Of a stretch of DNA of 64,000 bases, positions 27,657 through 41,800 are shown piece after piece. The notes beneath the pieces were generated by a model. That model saw only the letters and a program-made list of their open reading frames with translations, was not told where the DNA came from and searched no databases. The stretch spans positions 37,324,001 to 37,388,000 of the forward strand of contig CM022665.1 of NCBI GenBank assembly GCA_012295275.1. The letters are read 5' to 3'. The position numbers and the translations under genes are program-made. This stretch comes from Chrysomallon squamiferum. Its lineage: Eukaryota > Animalia > Mollusca. Position 1 is the stretch's first letter. Each line of letters opens with the position of its first letter.

Positions 27657-28760
27657 GATTTATAGAAAATAAAAATATCTGCATGCCATATATACATTTT
27701 TCTTCTACAGAGAATCCATATATTTTACTGACAAAAAATAAAATAAAAATAAAAATAAAATAAAATAATAATAAAAAGAATACAACATTTTTCATTTATT
27801 AGTTTACAAGTATTTGTGACATGAAAATGAATATATCACAAACTATCTAAGTGCAATGCTATGCTGACAAACAACACTTAGTGCAGGTATTATATTAATA
27901 AAAAAAAAATAAAAAATAGGTGTTACTACTGTACCTTTCTTTGCATCTTCCCCTGTATTGGCTGACCCTATGTCAGCTGTCAATAGAAACAAAATGAAAT
28001 GCTGGTTAGTTAATTAGACACACACAAGTCAAATAGAAGTTTAGGGAAAGAAGATAAGAAAAAAAGATCAAGAATTGTGCACAAAGATGTTATATTCTGA
28101 TCTCCTTAAATTAATTATTAATGATATTAATGAAGAATCAAACACTGTAAGTATTGTGCCAAAAAAATGTTTTATTCCAAACTGTTTGAAATTATTAACG
28201 ATATTGAAGAATGAAACAATAAGAATTGTGCAAAAAGGTTATCATATTCCGATTTCTTTAAAATGATTATTAATGATACTGACTTGTTAAAGAATTGTAT
28301 CTTTTTTCTTTTTTTTCTTTGCAATTTATTAATATTATTGAAGTATTGTGAAAAATAAGTTATACACCAAGTTTTTATTTTTGTAATGATTTATTAATGA
28401 TACTGAAAAATTTAACACAACAAGAATTGTTCAAAAAATAACAAATACCGTTTTTATGTTGAAATGATATATTAATGATACTACTGAAAAATTTAATGCT
28501 ACAATGATTACGCAAAAGGATAATACACCAATCTTTGAAATTATGTATTAATTGTATTATTCAAGAATCAAATGCAGAATAACAATATTAAACTAAAATA
28601 AAAAAAATAAAAATAAAAATTGTATCCAATAAATTAACCAGTACAGTAATGATTATTAGTTTTCACATTATCTTTTGTTATTATCCTTACTTTTTATATT
28701 CTAATTCATTAATTTAGATCTAAAACAAATTTTTACTAAATTTTTTCTTTCACTATTTAA

Positions 28761-28797
<37 letters not shown>

Positions 28798-31700
28798 GTA
28801 ATAGTAAAATAATTATTACTGTTGATCCAAAGGTAATAATAATTTTAACCTTATATTAAAAAAGCTAAAAATTATATTCAAACAAATTGGACCTGTATAC
28901 TATGTATTTTAAGATTATATATATCGTACAAACAGAATATTCATTAGAGGTGGATAAATACAAATATTTATAAAAATAATAATAATAATAATAATAATAA
29001 AGCTCTAAAATGTGTATTTAAAAAAAAAATTATGAATTCAGACAATACTTTGAGACAAATATTAATTCTTTAATATTTATTTAGACCATAAATACAAAGA
29101 ATATAAAATAACCAAGGCACTGGTAAATGAACAACTTCTATGACAAACAAACAAAAAACTTCCAGGCAAACATTATTACTAATACTTTTTCAACAAACTC
29201 TCCAGGATAAAAAATAAAATAAAATATATATACAAAATTCTAATATATTAAACTAATGAAACAAATAAAAATGTTAATTAAAATTAATAATAATAATTAA
29301 TATAAATAATAAAATTATATAACTGGTGATTTCCAAATATTTTTTTTTTTTTTTTTTTTAATGCTTTATACTATTAATTTACTTGTTTTTATATTTAATT
29401 CTGAACAATAATTACAGTTACCTTTCTCATTTCCACCTGGACAGTTATTGAATTATATTGAGACATCATGCACTTGTTTAAATAGCATTACTCACTATGG
29501 ATTTCTAGTGAAAGCTGTTATTAAGATAATCAAATATCATCAGCAGAACAAACTGCTTGTTATTGACATGATATAGATGTCTAACACTACCTGATCTAAA
29601 TTACAATGCTACCTGAAATTATCAGCTATTCCCTATTAATTACTATATGGCTCATAAAAGCTACAAGTTAAATACTATTAAAAAGCAATCTGCCTAAGGC
29701 ATAAGCCCTTTTGACTGTATTGTGAGGAGCCTTAAGCTGAACTATCCTACTATACGAGTTCACTTTCATGCCTGGTGTATCATAGTGTGATAGCAGAAGA
29801 ATACCACTGAGATACAAATACTTCTGTACACATAATTTTTTTTTTTTTTTTTTTTTTTAAATATTTGTTAAAATTTTAAATCTGACAATAAACAATATTA
29901 AGAGATCTCTTAGTTCTAAACCTGTAAAAATGTTAATGTAAAAAAAATAATAATAATAAAATAAAGTTGAAACTTAATGTTTTATTGCAAATAACAGGCT
30001 TGTAAATGTAAAAAAAATGTATAGTAAACTAATAGCTTCATTAATTTATCAACTGATAAAAATGACAGAACATTTGTTTTGTTTTTTCTAATTCCTACTT
30101 GGAAGAAGACATTTGACAGGTTTATGTCTTGCATAACAGGCATAAAAATTAGTTTTGAAAAAGTCACAAACTAAGCAACAACATAAAATTCTCATGCACC
30201 ATATCCTTTGATAGACTGGTCAATGGCTTTACATTATTTTTCCATAAAACATATTGATTTGGTTGATCTGGAAATCAATGTCAAAGAAAAAGCACGGCTT
30301 TACCAATCAATTCAAGAGATCAAAGTCTGAATTAAAAGGTTTGAATAACATGCAGATGCTTAACTTGAAGTAAACCCACTAAAAATAAACATGTTCATTT
30401 ATTACCACCATTTATAAAAACTGAAGTAACAAAAAAAAAAAAAAAAGAGAGAATGAAAGAACAGACCACATTTCTTAATCCTGCCTACTATCCATTGATC
30501 TGAATATAAGTCCATCCAATGTGGCTAACTAAATATCAATCAATATACACTTCTTATATTTGTGTAAGTAATTTTTAAAATTTTAATACACCACACACTG
30601 ACCATTTTGAAATTCTAAAATAGGTATTTATATTTTCATTAAAACTAAATATCTGATCAATGAATGCATGAAGCAAAAAATTTATAAAATAAATTTGTGT
30701 ATTATTTTTCTGTTTGAATCAAAATATCAAACACATCTAAACACTGTCAACATGTAATCATAAATTCAGCCCTGCATGTTTAACATTTTATCCACTTGTC
30801 TTTTTTAATTTATTTATTTAATATTATTGTTTTTTTTTAACATGACCTTCATCAACATTTGTTATTAACTGCAGCACGTTCTTCTCTTCAACATCAAGGT
30901 ATATATTTTCAAACAGTAAGAAGTTAATTGGATATCAATAATTAAAAGATTATGGACTGATGAATATCTGTGGAGATTCTGTAGAGAAATCTAAGCAGGA
31001 TTTAGGATTATGCTGAATAAGTTATTTCTTTTAATGACCAGCTGTATTACCATTTTAGCACACTCTATATACTGTCCATCATTTATGTTAAACTTACGTG
31101 CAGTTTTTTGTAATGTTTATGTCTGATTTATATTAACAGTATTATTAAAAGACCCTTTAATTTTTAAAAGAAAAATAAATAATAAAATAAAACTGCAAAT
31201 TATTTGCATTCACATTAATGTTTAAGACAAAATAAAATTAAATCTATTTTTAAAAATCAATTTAAAGTACATTTATATTTTATGAAAACACTAGCAGCTT
31301 TTCTTCTTTTTTCATTTTCTTTTTCTTTTTTTTTATGTTGGTAACTCCATTAACAAATAATGCAACAGAACACATTTAATAAATATTCAACTGCTCTATG
31401 TTGAATTACATTTCGGCAGAAAGGTTTTAAGTAACAAAATATACAAATTATATTCTACTGTTCAGATGCTGTGCTTTACAACACAAACTACTAATGATTT
31501 GTAAATGAATATATCTTAACTTCAACTACATGCTTTAACAAAATGAAATCACAAACAAAAATTTGTGTAATGAACTGTAAATTTCAATTTTGTGATCGTA
31601 AATAGTAATTTGAGTTAACAGTGTGGTTCAACATGAGACAATCTGTAATGGCATTTACTAACAGCCTGCAACGCATTACTCTTCAGAAATGATTGCATTG

Positions 31701-32783
31701 GAAAACAACAACAAATAAAATCAATAAACTTATTTATAAATAATGACACTGTTGGCACCCTCAACATTATTTGCTGTCAAATAAAGGAAAAATGGTGTGA
31801 AAATAAAAATTGATTTATTTTATGATGTGGTCAGTGACTAAAACAGCACCAAGACTAAAGCTGTTAAATTAATCCATTTAAACTGCCAATTCATTTTTAT
31901 TATATGGAACATGACAACAACTAAAGCTGATCTGATCTTCCACCAGGCTGGTGGTTCATCAAGTCTAAACCATTGCCAGTTGTGAATAATTGAGAGCTCA
32001 CCAATAAAATGTATCACAACAACAATGACAGTAGCTAAATGAATTTTTAATGCAGTTATTAGCAGTCCAGTTTCTAGATTAAAGCTGCCCATCCAAGCAG
32101 CATGAAGAGGATGGAAGATCAAAAGACTGGAAACAAGACAAGACTATGGTGATTTCAAACTCATCTCTGCTATGGTAAAGTATTTCTGCTTGTTTATTTC
32201 CATAACAACCTATCCACCAAACAAGAGGATGTCTCAGAATTCAATGTACGTGACAACAGTCAATGATATTAAGCATTTATGGCAAATACTAAAGAAAAGT
32301 AAAAACATACGACACTTCACTAAACATATCGATCACATCCATTGGGTTTTTTAAACAAAAAAAAAGAAAAACCCATGGTTACTGTTTTTCATTGTTTTGC
32401 TCAAATAATTCAATCAATGTATGTTCTGGTAACCAGCTTGTCCCAATCTTCGTTAAGTAAAACATAACAACAGATCCGACGACAAATAAACAGGGACAAA
32501 AAGAAGTTAAGCTGGGTATGCTCTGTTGTCTGCAGTGAACTCAAACAAATAAAAATCAATTAAGTAAATGAATGAGCCATTGAGAATATACGCACTGGCA
32601 CCAGATAAAAGCTTGTTCTAAGACAGCTTCACAGTTATTCAAGCATTATCTGCTTTTCTGCAATAATTCAAAGCACAACAGTCAATGTGATAATCCTAAC
32701 ATTGTCAGAATTATTATAATTCCATGGATCTTTCTTTTTGAAAAAAAAAAAAAAAAAAAAAAAAATCAAACTTTCTATATCAA

Positions 32784-32822
<39 letters not shown>

Positions 32823-35815
32823 TGTTTTACATAGCATTAGATAAAAGAAAAAATATGATTGCAAAGCAGTGTTATATGACATGCCATAAAAATGTAGACA
32901 GACAGAAACACATACACACAACCCTGTATGATGAACATTACCAAAAATATTCTTATTATTTTAATTTTGTTTTCTTCTAGCTTTGGTATTTTATATATAT
33001 ATATATGAAAATAATATATGCCCATTTGTAATGATTACTGAAGTCTACTGAAGTTAAATGCAATATTTAATCAATGAAATTTATGGAGTTAGTTGTTATT
33101 TAAAAAAAGTAAAACAAAAAGCACAAATGACTATTAGTAAAGCCAAGAAATGCAGCTAGTGGTAAGTGTTTGTAATTATTAAATGTGATGACAATGGATC
33201 TCTAAAGTGCTGCACTAACCTGAAATAGGGTCCAGGAAAGGCCGTGGAGTAGTTTTGTGATCTGGCCTATGGAATCCATTTTCTTTGATATCTGTAAATG
33301 GTACCGACATAAAATAAACATAAGACACAGTCAAATAATAATTAACTGTTTTTGCTTGTTTTTTTTTTTGTTTGTTTTTTTAAAACTTAAATGATCTATA
33401 AATGAAATTTTATAAAAATGTTTATTATAATAAACTATAATATTACATTCATTTTCACTATATGATCACTATTTTAAAGATAATCAAAATTATTTCAAGC
33501 ACACTAATAAAAACACAGATTACTTCTCTAAGTTTTAATAGAACCTACTGCCTTTCTTTTGCAGTTCTCTTTGGGCAAAATCTTTATTTTTTTTTTTTTT
33601 TTTAAATATTTTTATGTTCACAGATGTTAAGTATTATCTATCAACTTAAACAAGAAATGGAATTTAAGGTGATGTCATTTAAATTACACCAAATGAAAAA
33701 CCCCATTCATTTATTAAATTGGCAAAAAAAAAAAATATATATATATGTAATTCTTAAAATGAACTGTAGGATTTGAACAAAATCAAAATCAAATTATTAT
33801 TCATTGCAATACCAAGTATTAGATGTTTTCACTGATTGGAAAAATATCAGGTTTAACATCAGTCATAGTGAAAATATATTTGAAATACATCAGTCAGCAT
33901 TTCTCAGACTGAAATATTATTCTTCAAACATTTATTAATCGAATCAGTGGATTGAGTTACTTTTTTTTATTAATTATTTTATTAAAATTTGCAGAAGATA
34001 ATTATTATTTTTTTTTTTTTAAATTGGAATACATTTACCTCATACAAATACTGATACTATAAAAACACAGTTATGGTATTTAAATAATTAAAAGGTGTCA
34101 AGAAATTTGATTTTTGTTTTGATGACAAAAATGTACATCCCTACACATTCATGACTCAGTATTGCACGTATTAGATATATATCATATGATATAATTTTAA
34201 AAAACTACAAAAAAAAAAAACAACAAAATATCCACCAAAATAATAATAATAATATAATAAAGCATGGTTGTATACCATTTTATTTCAGGGTATCAAATCA
34301 GTGTAATAACAGTGGTATAATAGTACAACAAATTACTTACTGCTGGATTTGTGAAAATATGTCAGAAGTTAATGCACAGAAATGAAATACATTATATGTT
34401 TCAATCTAGTAATTTAATATTTTCTATGTTTTGATAGTATGCATAGTGGAATGTGGTCTGCAAACAATAGGACCTACTTTAAAAAAAAAAAAAAAAAAAA
34501 AAAAAATTGCACCGACATATATGCTTTTGTGATATTATCACAAAGATTTTAACTTTATACTATTACAGTAAAGTCAAATTGACAACAAGGTGACCAATAC
34601 ATAATAATAATAATTTACACTGAATAACACTAAATAATCATGAAACAACTTTATTTTTTTTTTACATAAAATTTGTTTATATGCATTAAAAAATAGAAAT
34701 AAAAATAAAATAATAATAAAATAAAAATAAATAAAAAACAGGGCAAAATTCTTACTTGAATTTCATCAGAATATGTGTTACAGATTTGTATACAATCACA
34801 TGCAGCTTACATTGTGTAGATAAAAACTGACAATTTAAAATATGCTGGCTTAAAAGTATTTAAATTACCAGTTCATATTAGTTGTTTTTTTAAATTTACA
34901 ACTGTTACTTGCTGTGTCTACACTTCATTAGTCAATCTCATATCCTTGACTATATCTGTTCTGAAGTCATGTGTATTTACCGTTCTGTAACTAGATATAT
35001 CCTTGCATTGGTCTTACATCTCACCTGCTGTAATTTTAACTGATCAGAGGTCTACACTGTTTAACAACATGACACTAATGAATGATCTACTGCAGTGACC
35101 CTGGCTTTAACATTTAAAATGGTTACATGTGTACATACACTGTCTGTTAACAAATGTCTCTGATGTTTTTGAACCTAACATTAATCACAAGAAAAATGTT
35201 GACTGGGCTAAAGTTAATAAAATCAAACGCAAGTTAAACAAACAGGAGTCATTCTTTAGGGTAGATAATAAATTGTTTTTTGGACACAATTATGGAATTG
35301 AATAGATTTACAAAAAAGAAATATAACTGACACGACAGTGTTTTTTATTTGGATATGATGTCAAATGTGACCTTTAAATAAGAAACAACCAAGCAAGAAA
35401 TGTTTTATGCCACATATTTTTAATCTAAATTTGTAAGTTTTAATACATGTGGTTAAGGACCACCAAGATAATGAAAGAGAAAACCCAGAGTCATCATGTC
35501 AAAGGCTTCTTTTTCTTTCTTTCTTTCTTTATTTATTTTTTTTTTCTTTTAAAATTAACTGTAAGAGATCTAGCCAAGAAAGTACTTAAACATGTCTTTT
35601 GATAAACCAGTCACAAGACATTTTTTTTTTTAAATTCAAATAATCTCTTTTAGTAGAACACATGAAAACCAATTACCAGGTAGTACTTGTAAGCTATGGA
35701 AAAAGAAAGCTGTTTAAAATATTTTTGTAAATCTATGGGAGTACTTTAGGATTTTTTTTCATTTTATTTCATTGTAGATTTGAATGCATTTGTAAATACT
35801 AACTTGAAAGTCTGT

Positions 35816-35846
<31 letters not shown>

Positions 35847-38800
35847 CTACATATATATATGCAGAAGAAAACAAGAATTAAGGTAATAATAATCTTGTGA
35901 CTAGTGAAATATCTCAATTTCACTCAGGATTGAAAAGTATATCATACTGTCCTGCAGAATGTGACAGAATGGTCTACACTGTGTTACTGTAACTTTCAGA
36001 AATATGATGAACAATGTTCTTTCAAATCCAGAAATATATATTTCAAACGAACAAAACAAAAAATAATAAAATAAATAATATTATTATCTTTTTTTTTTTT
36101 AAATATTATTAATCTGTCACATCTAAACTATAGATTTTTCTTTCCTTCAAAACCTAAAAACTACATGCATTCCAAGATTGATTTATTTGTTTATTTTGTA
36201 ATCATAAAAAAAAAAAAAAAAAAAAAAAGGGTACAAAGGAATTAAATCTCTTTTTTGTAAAAAAAGGTATATAGTATGTATGTGAGTAATAAAAGATTAA
36301 TTTACTTTATTCTGACTTTAAACTATATGAAGCAATGCTAAAAAATAAATACATTTTCTGTATTTCAAAGTAATTTTGTTGTTTTTCACTTCTTGAGACC
36401 CACCTTTGTTAGTAAGAAAATAGGACAGTAACATCACAAGTCTTAGAAAAAATATGCAAAGTGCCCTTTTCACTTTTTATTGAAATATTCTACACATGAT
36501 GTTGTGCAGAGAAATGTAAACATTGTTTTTTTTTTTTTTAAATTCAAGTAACTGATTGATAGATATGACTTTATCAATTATTTATTCCCAGATGATGAAG
36601 ATATAAATATTTAAAGATAATAACTTAGTTACTATGTAATATGACTTATTTAATGTTTCTTGGTTAGCTTATTTTTTATTATTATTGTTATTATGTTTAT
36701 TTATTTATTTGTTTTTGTTTTATTTAAAAAAAAATAATATTAATAATAATATTTTTAAAAATAAATAAATACATAAATAAATAAATAAATAAATAAAAGA
36801 AATGTCATTTAATCTAAATTATTATCACTTATAAAAAAAAATAAGCAAAAATAATAAACACTTTACTAGTTTATAAAAAGGTGAATGAGTATGGCAAGGA
36901 AGAATGATCCTAATATTTTCTTATCTTAATTAAATATGATACTGTTACCACTCTTAATAAATGTAGGTCAAGATTTTTATATTTAAGTTGATCAAACATT
37001 ATTGGCTGTGACATAAATACAACTGGCAATGAACTGCAATCACTTGTTTGAAAAAGCACAAAAAAGTAATAAACCAGTATATGTCATCATAAAAACAAGT
37101 GTTATCCAAAACACTTTTCAGAATATATCTTCATATCACAGGGTGCGATAAAAACATCACTGACGGCATATAAAGTGAAAAGTGTTGTAAATCATGCAGG
37201 TATAATACTGAATAAAATGCTCAATTAAACACACACGTCTCGATTTTATTGATATATGTTAATAATTAACTCTATCCAAATATACTTGTTAATGTATTAA
37301 TGTAAATGTATGAGTATTGAAATTCAGGACAATCGAAATTTGGATGTCAATACCAATGGAAATGCTTAATTAAACATACATGTATCCTTGTTACTGTTAC
37401 ATGTTAATAATGAACTCCTTCCAAATATATGGTTAAGTGTAAACATATAAATGTACGTGTATTTTAAAAAAATCTAGAATAATTTAACACTGTATCAGAT
37501 TTATATTGTGAATTCCTGTTGAAAATAAAAATGCAAAATACCTTTCTTAATAATTATCGTTGAGAAGAGAACATTTTTTTTTTAACCACTAACACTTGAG
37601 TGTTGCTATAAAGCAGCCACTTCTGTGTCAGTCTCATGATCTCATAGGAAGAGTGACATACACAGTTTTTTACAACTAGGTACTGAAAACTGGACATGTT
37701 ATAAATTACCTTAGTGTAAGCAATACTGACGTAAGTTACTAACTGAATGCAAGATACAAATTAAACAAAATCATTTAGGAAACAGATTATTATTGCAGAT
37801 TTACAACATTAATAAATGAGGAAAACATATCTTTCAAAACAGAATTGATATTTTGAAGTAAATTTGTGCAAAATAAATAAATAAATAAATAAATAATAAA
37901 TAAAATGAAAATACAAAATAAGATAAAACAAAATAAAAACGTTTACTGATTTCAAAATATTTGAAAAAATGAAAATCAGTTTTTGGATAAACTCCATACC
38001 ACATTTTATCATAAAATATTAAATTTTAAATATTAAAAAAGTTAACATTTTTTATTACAAGGGTAGAGACATAACATTAAAAATAATTTCAGTGAAATAA
38101 TAACAAACTGTAATAACAAACATTTCATTAATGTTTTTAATTTTTTTTTTGCAGTATTTTTTTTTTTTTATCTGATACTTTTCTTTATTATGTAGTGAAC
38201 TGGCAAATGCAAAGACATGCCTTGCAGCTTGCTGAACAGAACAAAGTAATGTGGGTAACACTATACATCATGTGTGTACATTGTTGCTAAACATGGTCTG
38301 TGATCTACAACTGTACTGTTTTGTATGGACACAAAAAGGAAATTAAATAACTATCTATCAAACATATTTTCGCAATATGCGATTATCGATAATTAGAAAC
38401 CACTACAAAGATACACCTAAAAGCTGTCGACGACTGTTTATTTCCATTAAAATATATGAGCAACACTACATTCAACTGATGGCTTAGAAAAATGATAAAT
38501 CATTTGAATAGGTTTCAGTTTGTTCTCAGACTAGCTGTTGTTGGGTAATTAGAAACCAACAAAACAGCACCTGTACCTGCTTGTTATTCTTTAGAGCAAT
38601 AATATATAGCAGATTTTATTTTAAAAGATCAGAAGAAAATTCAGTTTGAAAATGATTTAGTAGGGGGTGTGAGGTATATATTTTTGTCCAATTTTTCTTC
38701 TGGCTTTGAAATACTTGTTATTTTTGTTATTTTTTTTTTTTTAAATTAATCAATTAATGTTGTTTATATGATAATGATGATCATTATTATTATTGTTTTA

Positions 38801-41800
38801 TTATTACTATTATCATCATAATCATCAATTTATAATTAAATAACTTTAGAACAAAGAATCAACAAAAAAAAATCCCAAAACATGTGATTAGGAAGAATAT
38901 GTGTAAAAGTTTTTAAAACCACAATGATGGAGAATATTTAATTAAATTAGGGGATTCAGAAATGGGCCATGTCTATAACGTCAAAGCATTATAATAAAGT
39001 TTTCTTATGAAGTACAGCTGAAGAAAATGATTCAATTCCAGTTCAAAAGAACAGGATATTAATAATACTCTACATACATATAATATAGTAACATAATCAT
39101 CTGAGAATTAATAAAAATTTGCCCTTTATACAAGCCAGAATTTCTTGAAACCGGAATTTCATCTGGATTATCCATTTCTCTTTATTAGGTGACAAATGTT
39201 ATGGCCAGTTAACAAAAGGCAGTCATAATCCTGTACAGTGTAATATATAAAATTTAAAAAAAAAGAAAGAAGAAAAAAGAGATAATCTTGATAATGCAAG
39301 AAAATACCTCTAGAGCATCAAAGAAGATAAAAAATGTATTAAGAACATGTTTTGTATTTACCTGAATCGCTGGAGCAACTTGCTCCCATCAGTTGCAGGA
39401 TTATCATCCCATGCTATTCATCCCTAATAGCGTGCCCATCCTAATCAGGCACGTACGTTGAATTACTTTATGACAAATTAAAGCAGTTGGCATGGAACAA
39501 CTGTCACTTATATACTCAGATATTGATTAGTGATTGCTGTCTAAAACATCAGGTCATGTGACCTACATAGAGATCAATCACACCGCAGGTAGTATATGCC
39601 AAGTGTCTTCCCCTTATACCCAAGGTGTTTGGCCTCCTAACAACACACAAACACCGATCATCTGGCAGCTATTAAAAAGCAAGTGCTGGGTTAAAATACT
39701 AGACAAATATTAGCCCGTTTGGAAACTTGACCCAAATGCAAATATATATTGATAAACACCAATACAGTACCTCTATAACATGATGTAGAAAAGTAGAGTA
39801 AGAACCTTTTTCAACGAATAGAAAATGAAATATCTCTCTATTCAGTGGATCATTTACATTTATACATCTAACATTTTAATCATAGTTTTTTTTTTTCTCT
39901 CTCTCTTTCAAATCAACATACAACATGCCTGTAAGGAGAATTAATCTATTACATTAACTAATGCTGTGCATCTTACTGTGTAATATTAAAGCATATGTGA
40001 AAATTACTCTTAGACGTGTTCCCATGGCAGTTAGTAAACAGTGTGCAACTCCACTACACTGACAATAGAAACCGTTTATGAATAACAACTGATAATCAAT
40101 GGCTGACAGATTGGACAGTAATTAAGAAATCGACAGTACCGCCAAGCGTGTCAAAAACATTTATAACATGATCATCAAAATAGTGAAGGAACGTGTTGAC
40201 AATACTGCATCATAAACACATCAATAACGATAAATAAATAAAAAGTTTTTCTTTATTTCATATCACTTTTTACATTTGTTTTTAATTAAACAGACACTCT
40301 GTGATTCCGTTTTCTTTTCTTCATTTTCTAACATATTTGACACAAAATGCAATTTTCACATCACTGCTTTTTCATTTTATGTGTTTATCTAATTTTATAA
40401 GATGATTGTCTATCCAGTGATAGAAAGAAATAACTGTTTAAGAATTCTGAATATAAACCATACAATGGCTATTGAGTAAATTTAAAATTTCTTTTTTAAC
40501 AAGTCAAAACAGACGTATCTGCATCCCTTTATATTTAAAGCAATTAAGGTATTCAAACTTAAAATTATTCAAAATATTTTAAATAATTTTAGTAGTAACT
40601 GCAGTAGCAGTAGTAATATAAGAATACTGTTTAAGCCAAAGCCCATTATTCCATACCTATATACACATAAAAAATATGAAAGACGCAATTCTCTGTAATT
40701 TATTAAAAAAAACTATAAAAAAAAATAAAAAAAAAATTAATTCATTTTTTTACCTTTAAAAAGTTTTTCTTTTCTTTGTATTTTATAAAAAAAAAAAAAA
40801 AAAAACTATATAAAAAAAATTAATTCAATTTGTTTACCTTTAAAAAGTTTTTCTTTTCAGGTTTATTGTTATAATAATCTTTTCAGGAACCCTGTCAGTG
40901 GATGTTTAGTATGCAGGATTTATCTCCCCTGAACATTATTATTATTATTTTTATTTTTATATTTTGTTTATACATTTTTTATCTCCCAAGTTGTAGTTTT
41001 TCCTTCCAGTGGATTTGTAAACACAGCTGTGTCCATATTACAGTAGAATTAAAATCAGTATATAATAATTAAAATAAAAATTTCAAAAACTTAATTATTT
41101 TGTATCACAAGCAAAATTTATTGATGTTGACATAAGTATTAGTATATCATTTAAAAACACAAAACAAATATACCTACATATTAAATAAATTTAGAAGTTT
41201 TTAAAAAATGAAAAAAAAAAAAAAAATCATTGATACAGAAAAATATACAGTTAATGTAATGTTTTTAATGTTGTAAACATTTAAAAATTTATTTTATTTC
41301 ATTATTATTTTTTTAATGTTTTTTTTTTTACTTTTGAATCAGATCAGAATGTACTAATTATCAAACTTTTAGAAAGGTTGCAAGATTCTTAAAGAATAGG
41401 GATGAATATTTATTGACATATATCTTTAATAAAATAAACATTCACCAAAAATATAATAACACTATTTTTTTTTTCATTATTTTGTCAATAAAATATTCAC
41501 TTCATATTAAATTTTTATATATGTTTGCTATTTTTCCCCATGATTGTTTCAAAATCTGTGGTGCATTACAAATGGCAGATAATTATGTAAAGGTCAGTCT
41601 TCAAGCATCTGCTGAAGTGTTTAATGGGATTTGTCAATACTAGCATCAAGGTAATACTCAATGAATTTTCAAGAAACAAGAATAAAGGAATGTTTAACAA
41701 CATCACTGTTGCATTAAAAACAAATATTAACCACTAGAAAGGAAGAAAGAAAGAAAGGAAAAAAAAAAGGGACTATATTTAAAATACAACAGAGCAGTGT

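Larger units (their letters stand above)
37100..40700. promoter_or_regulatory. Intronic CpG-retaining island, candidate internal promoter of TOGARAM1
   Basis: By eye, many more CpGs than the flanking intron (e.g. 38371-38432, 39431-39458, 40131-40149). Contains palindrome AGGTCATGTGACCT at 39551-39564. Confidence 0.45.

Noticed and set aside
31838-32122. 94-aa hydrophobic ORF on -
   Set aside because: Non-ATG start, no recognisable family, no compatible splice sites, and a stop in frame.
38577-38588. 12-nt microexon candidate (aag|AATAACAAGCAG|gtacag)
   Set aside because: In the required phase 1 it reads GAA TAA (stop), and the acceptor is weak.
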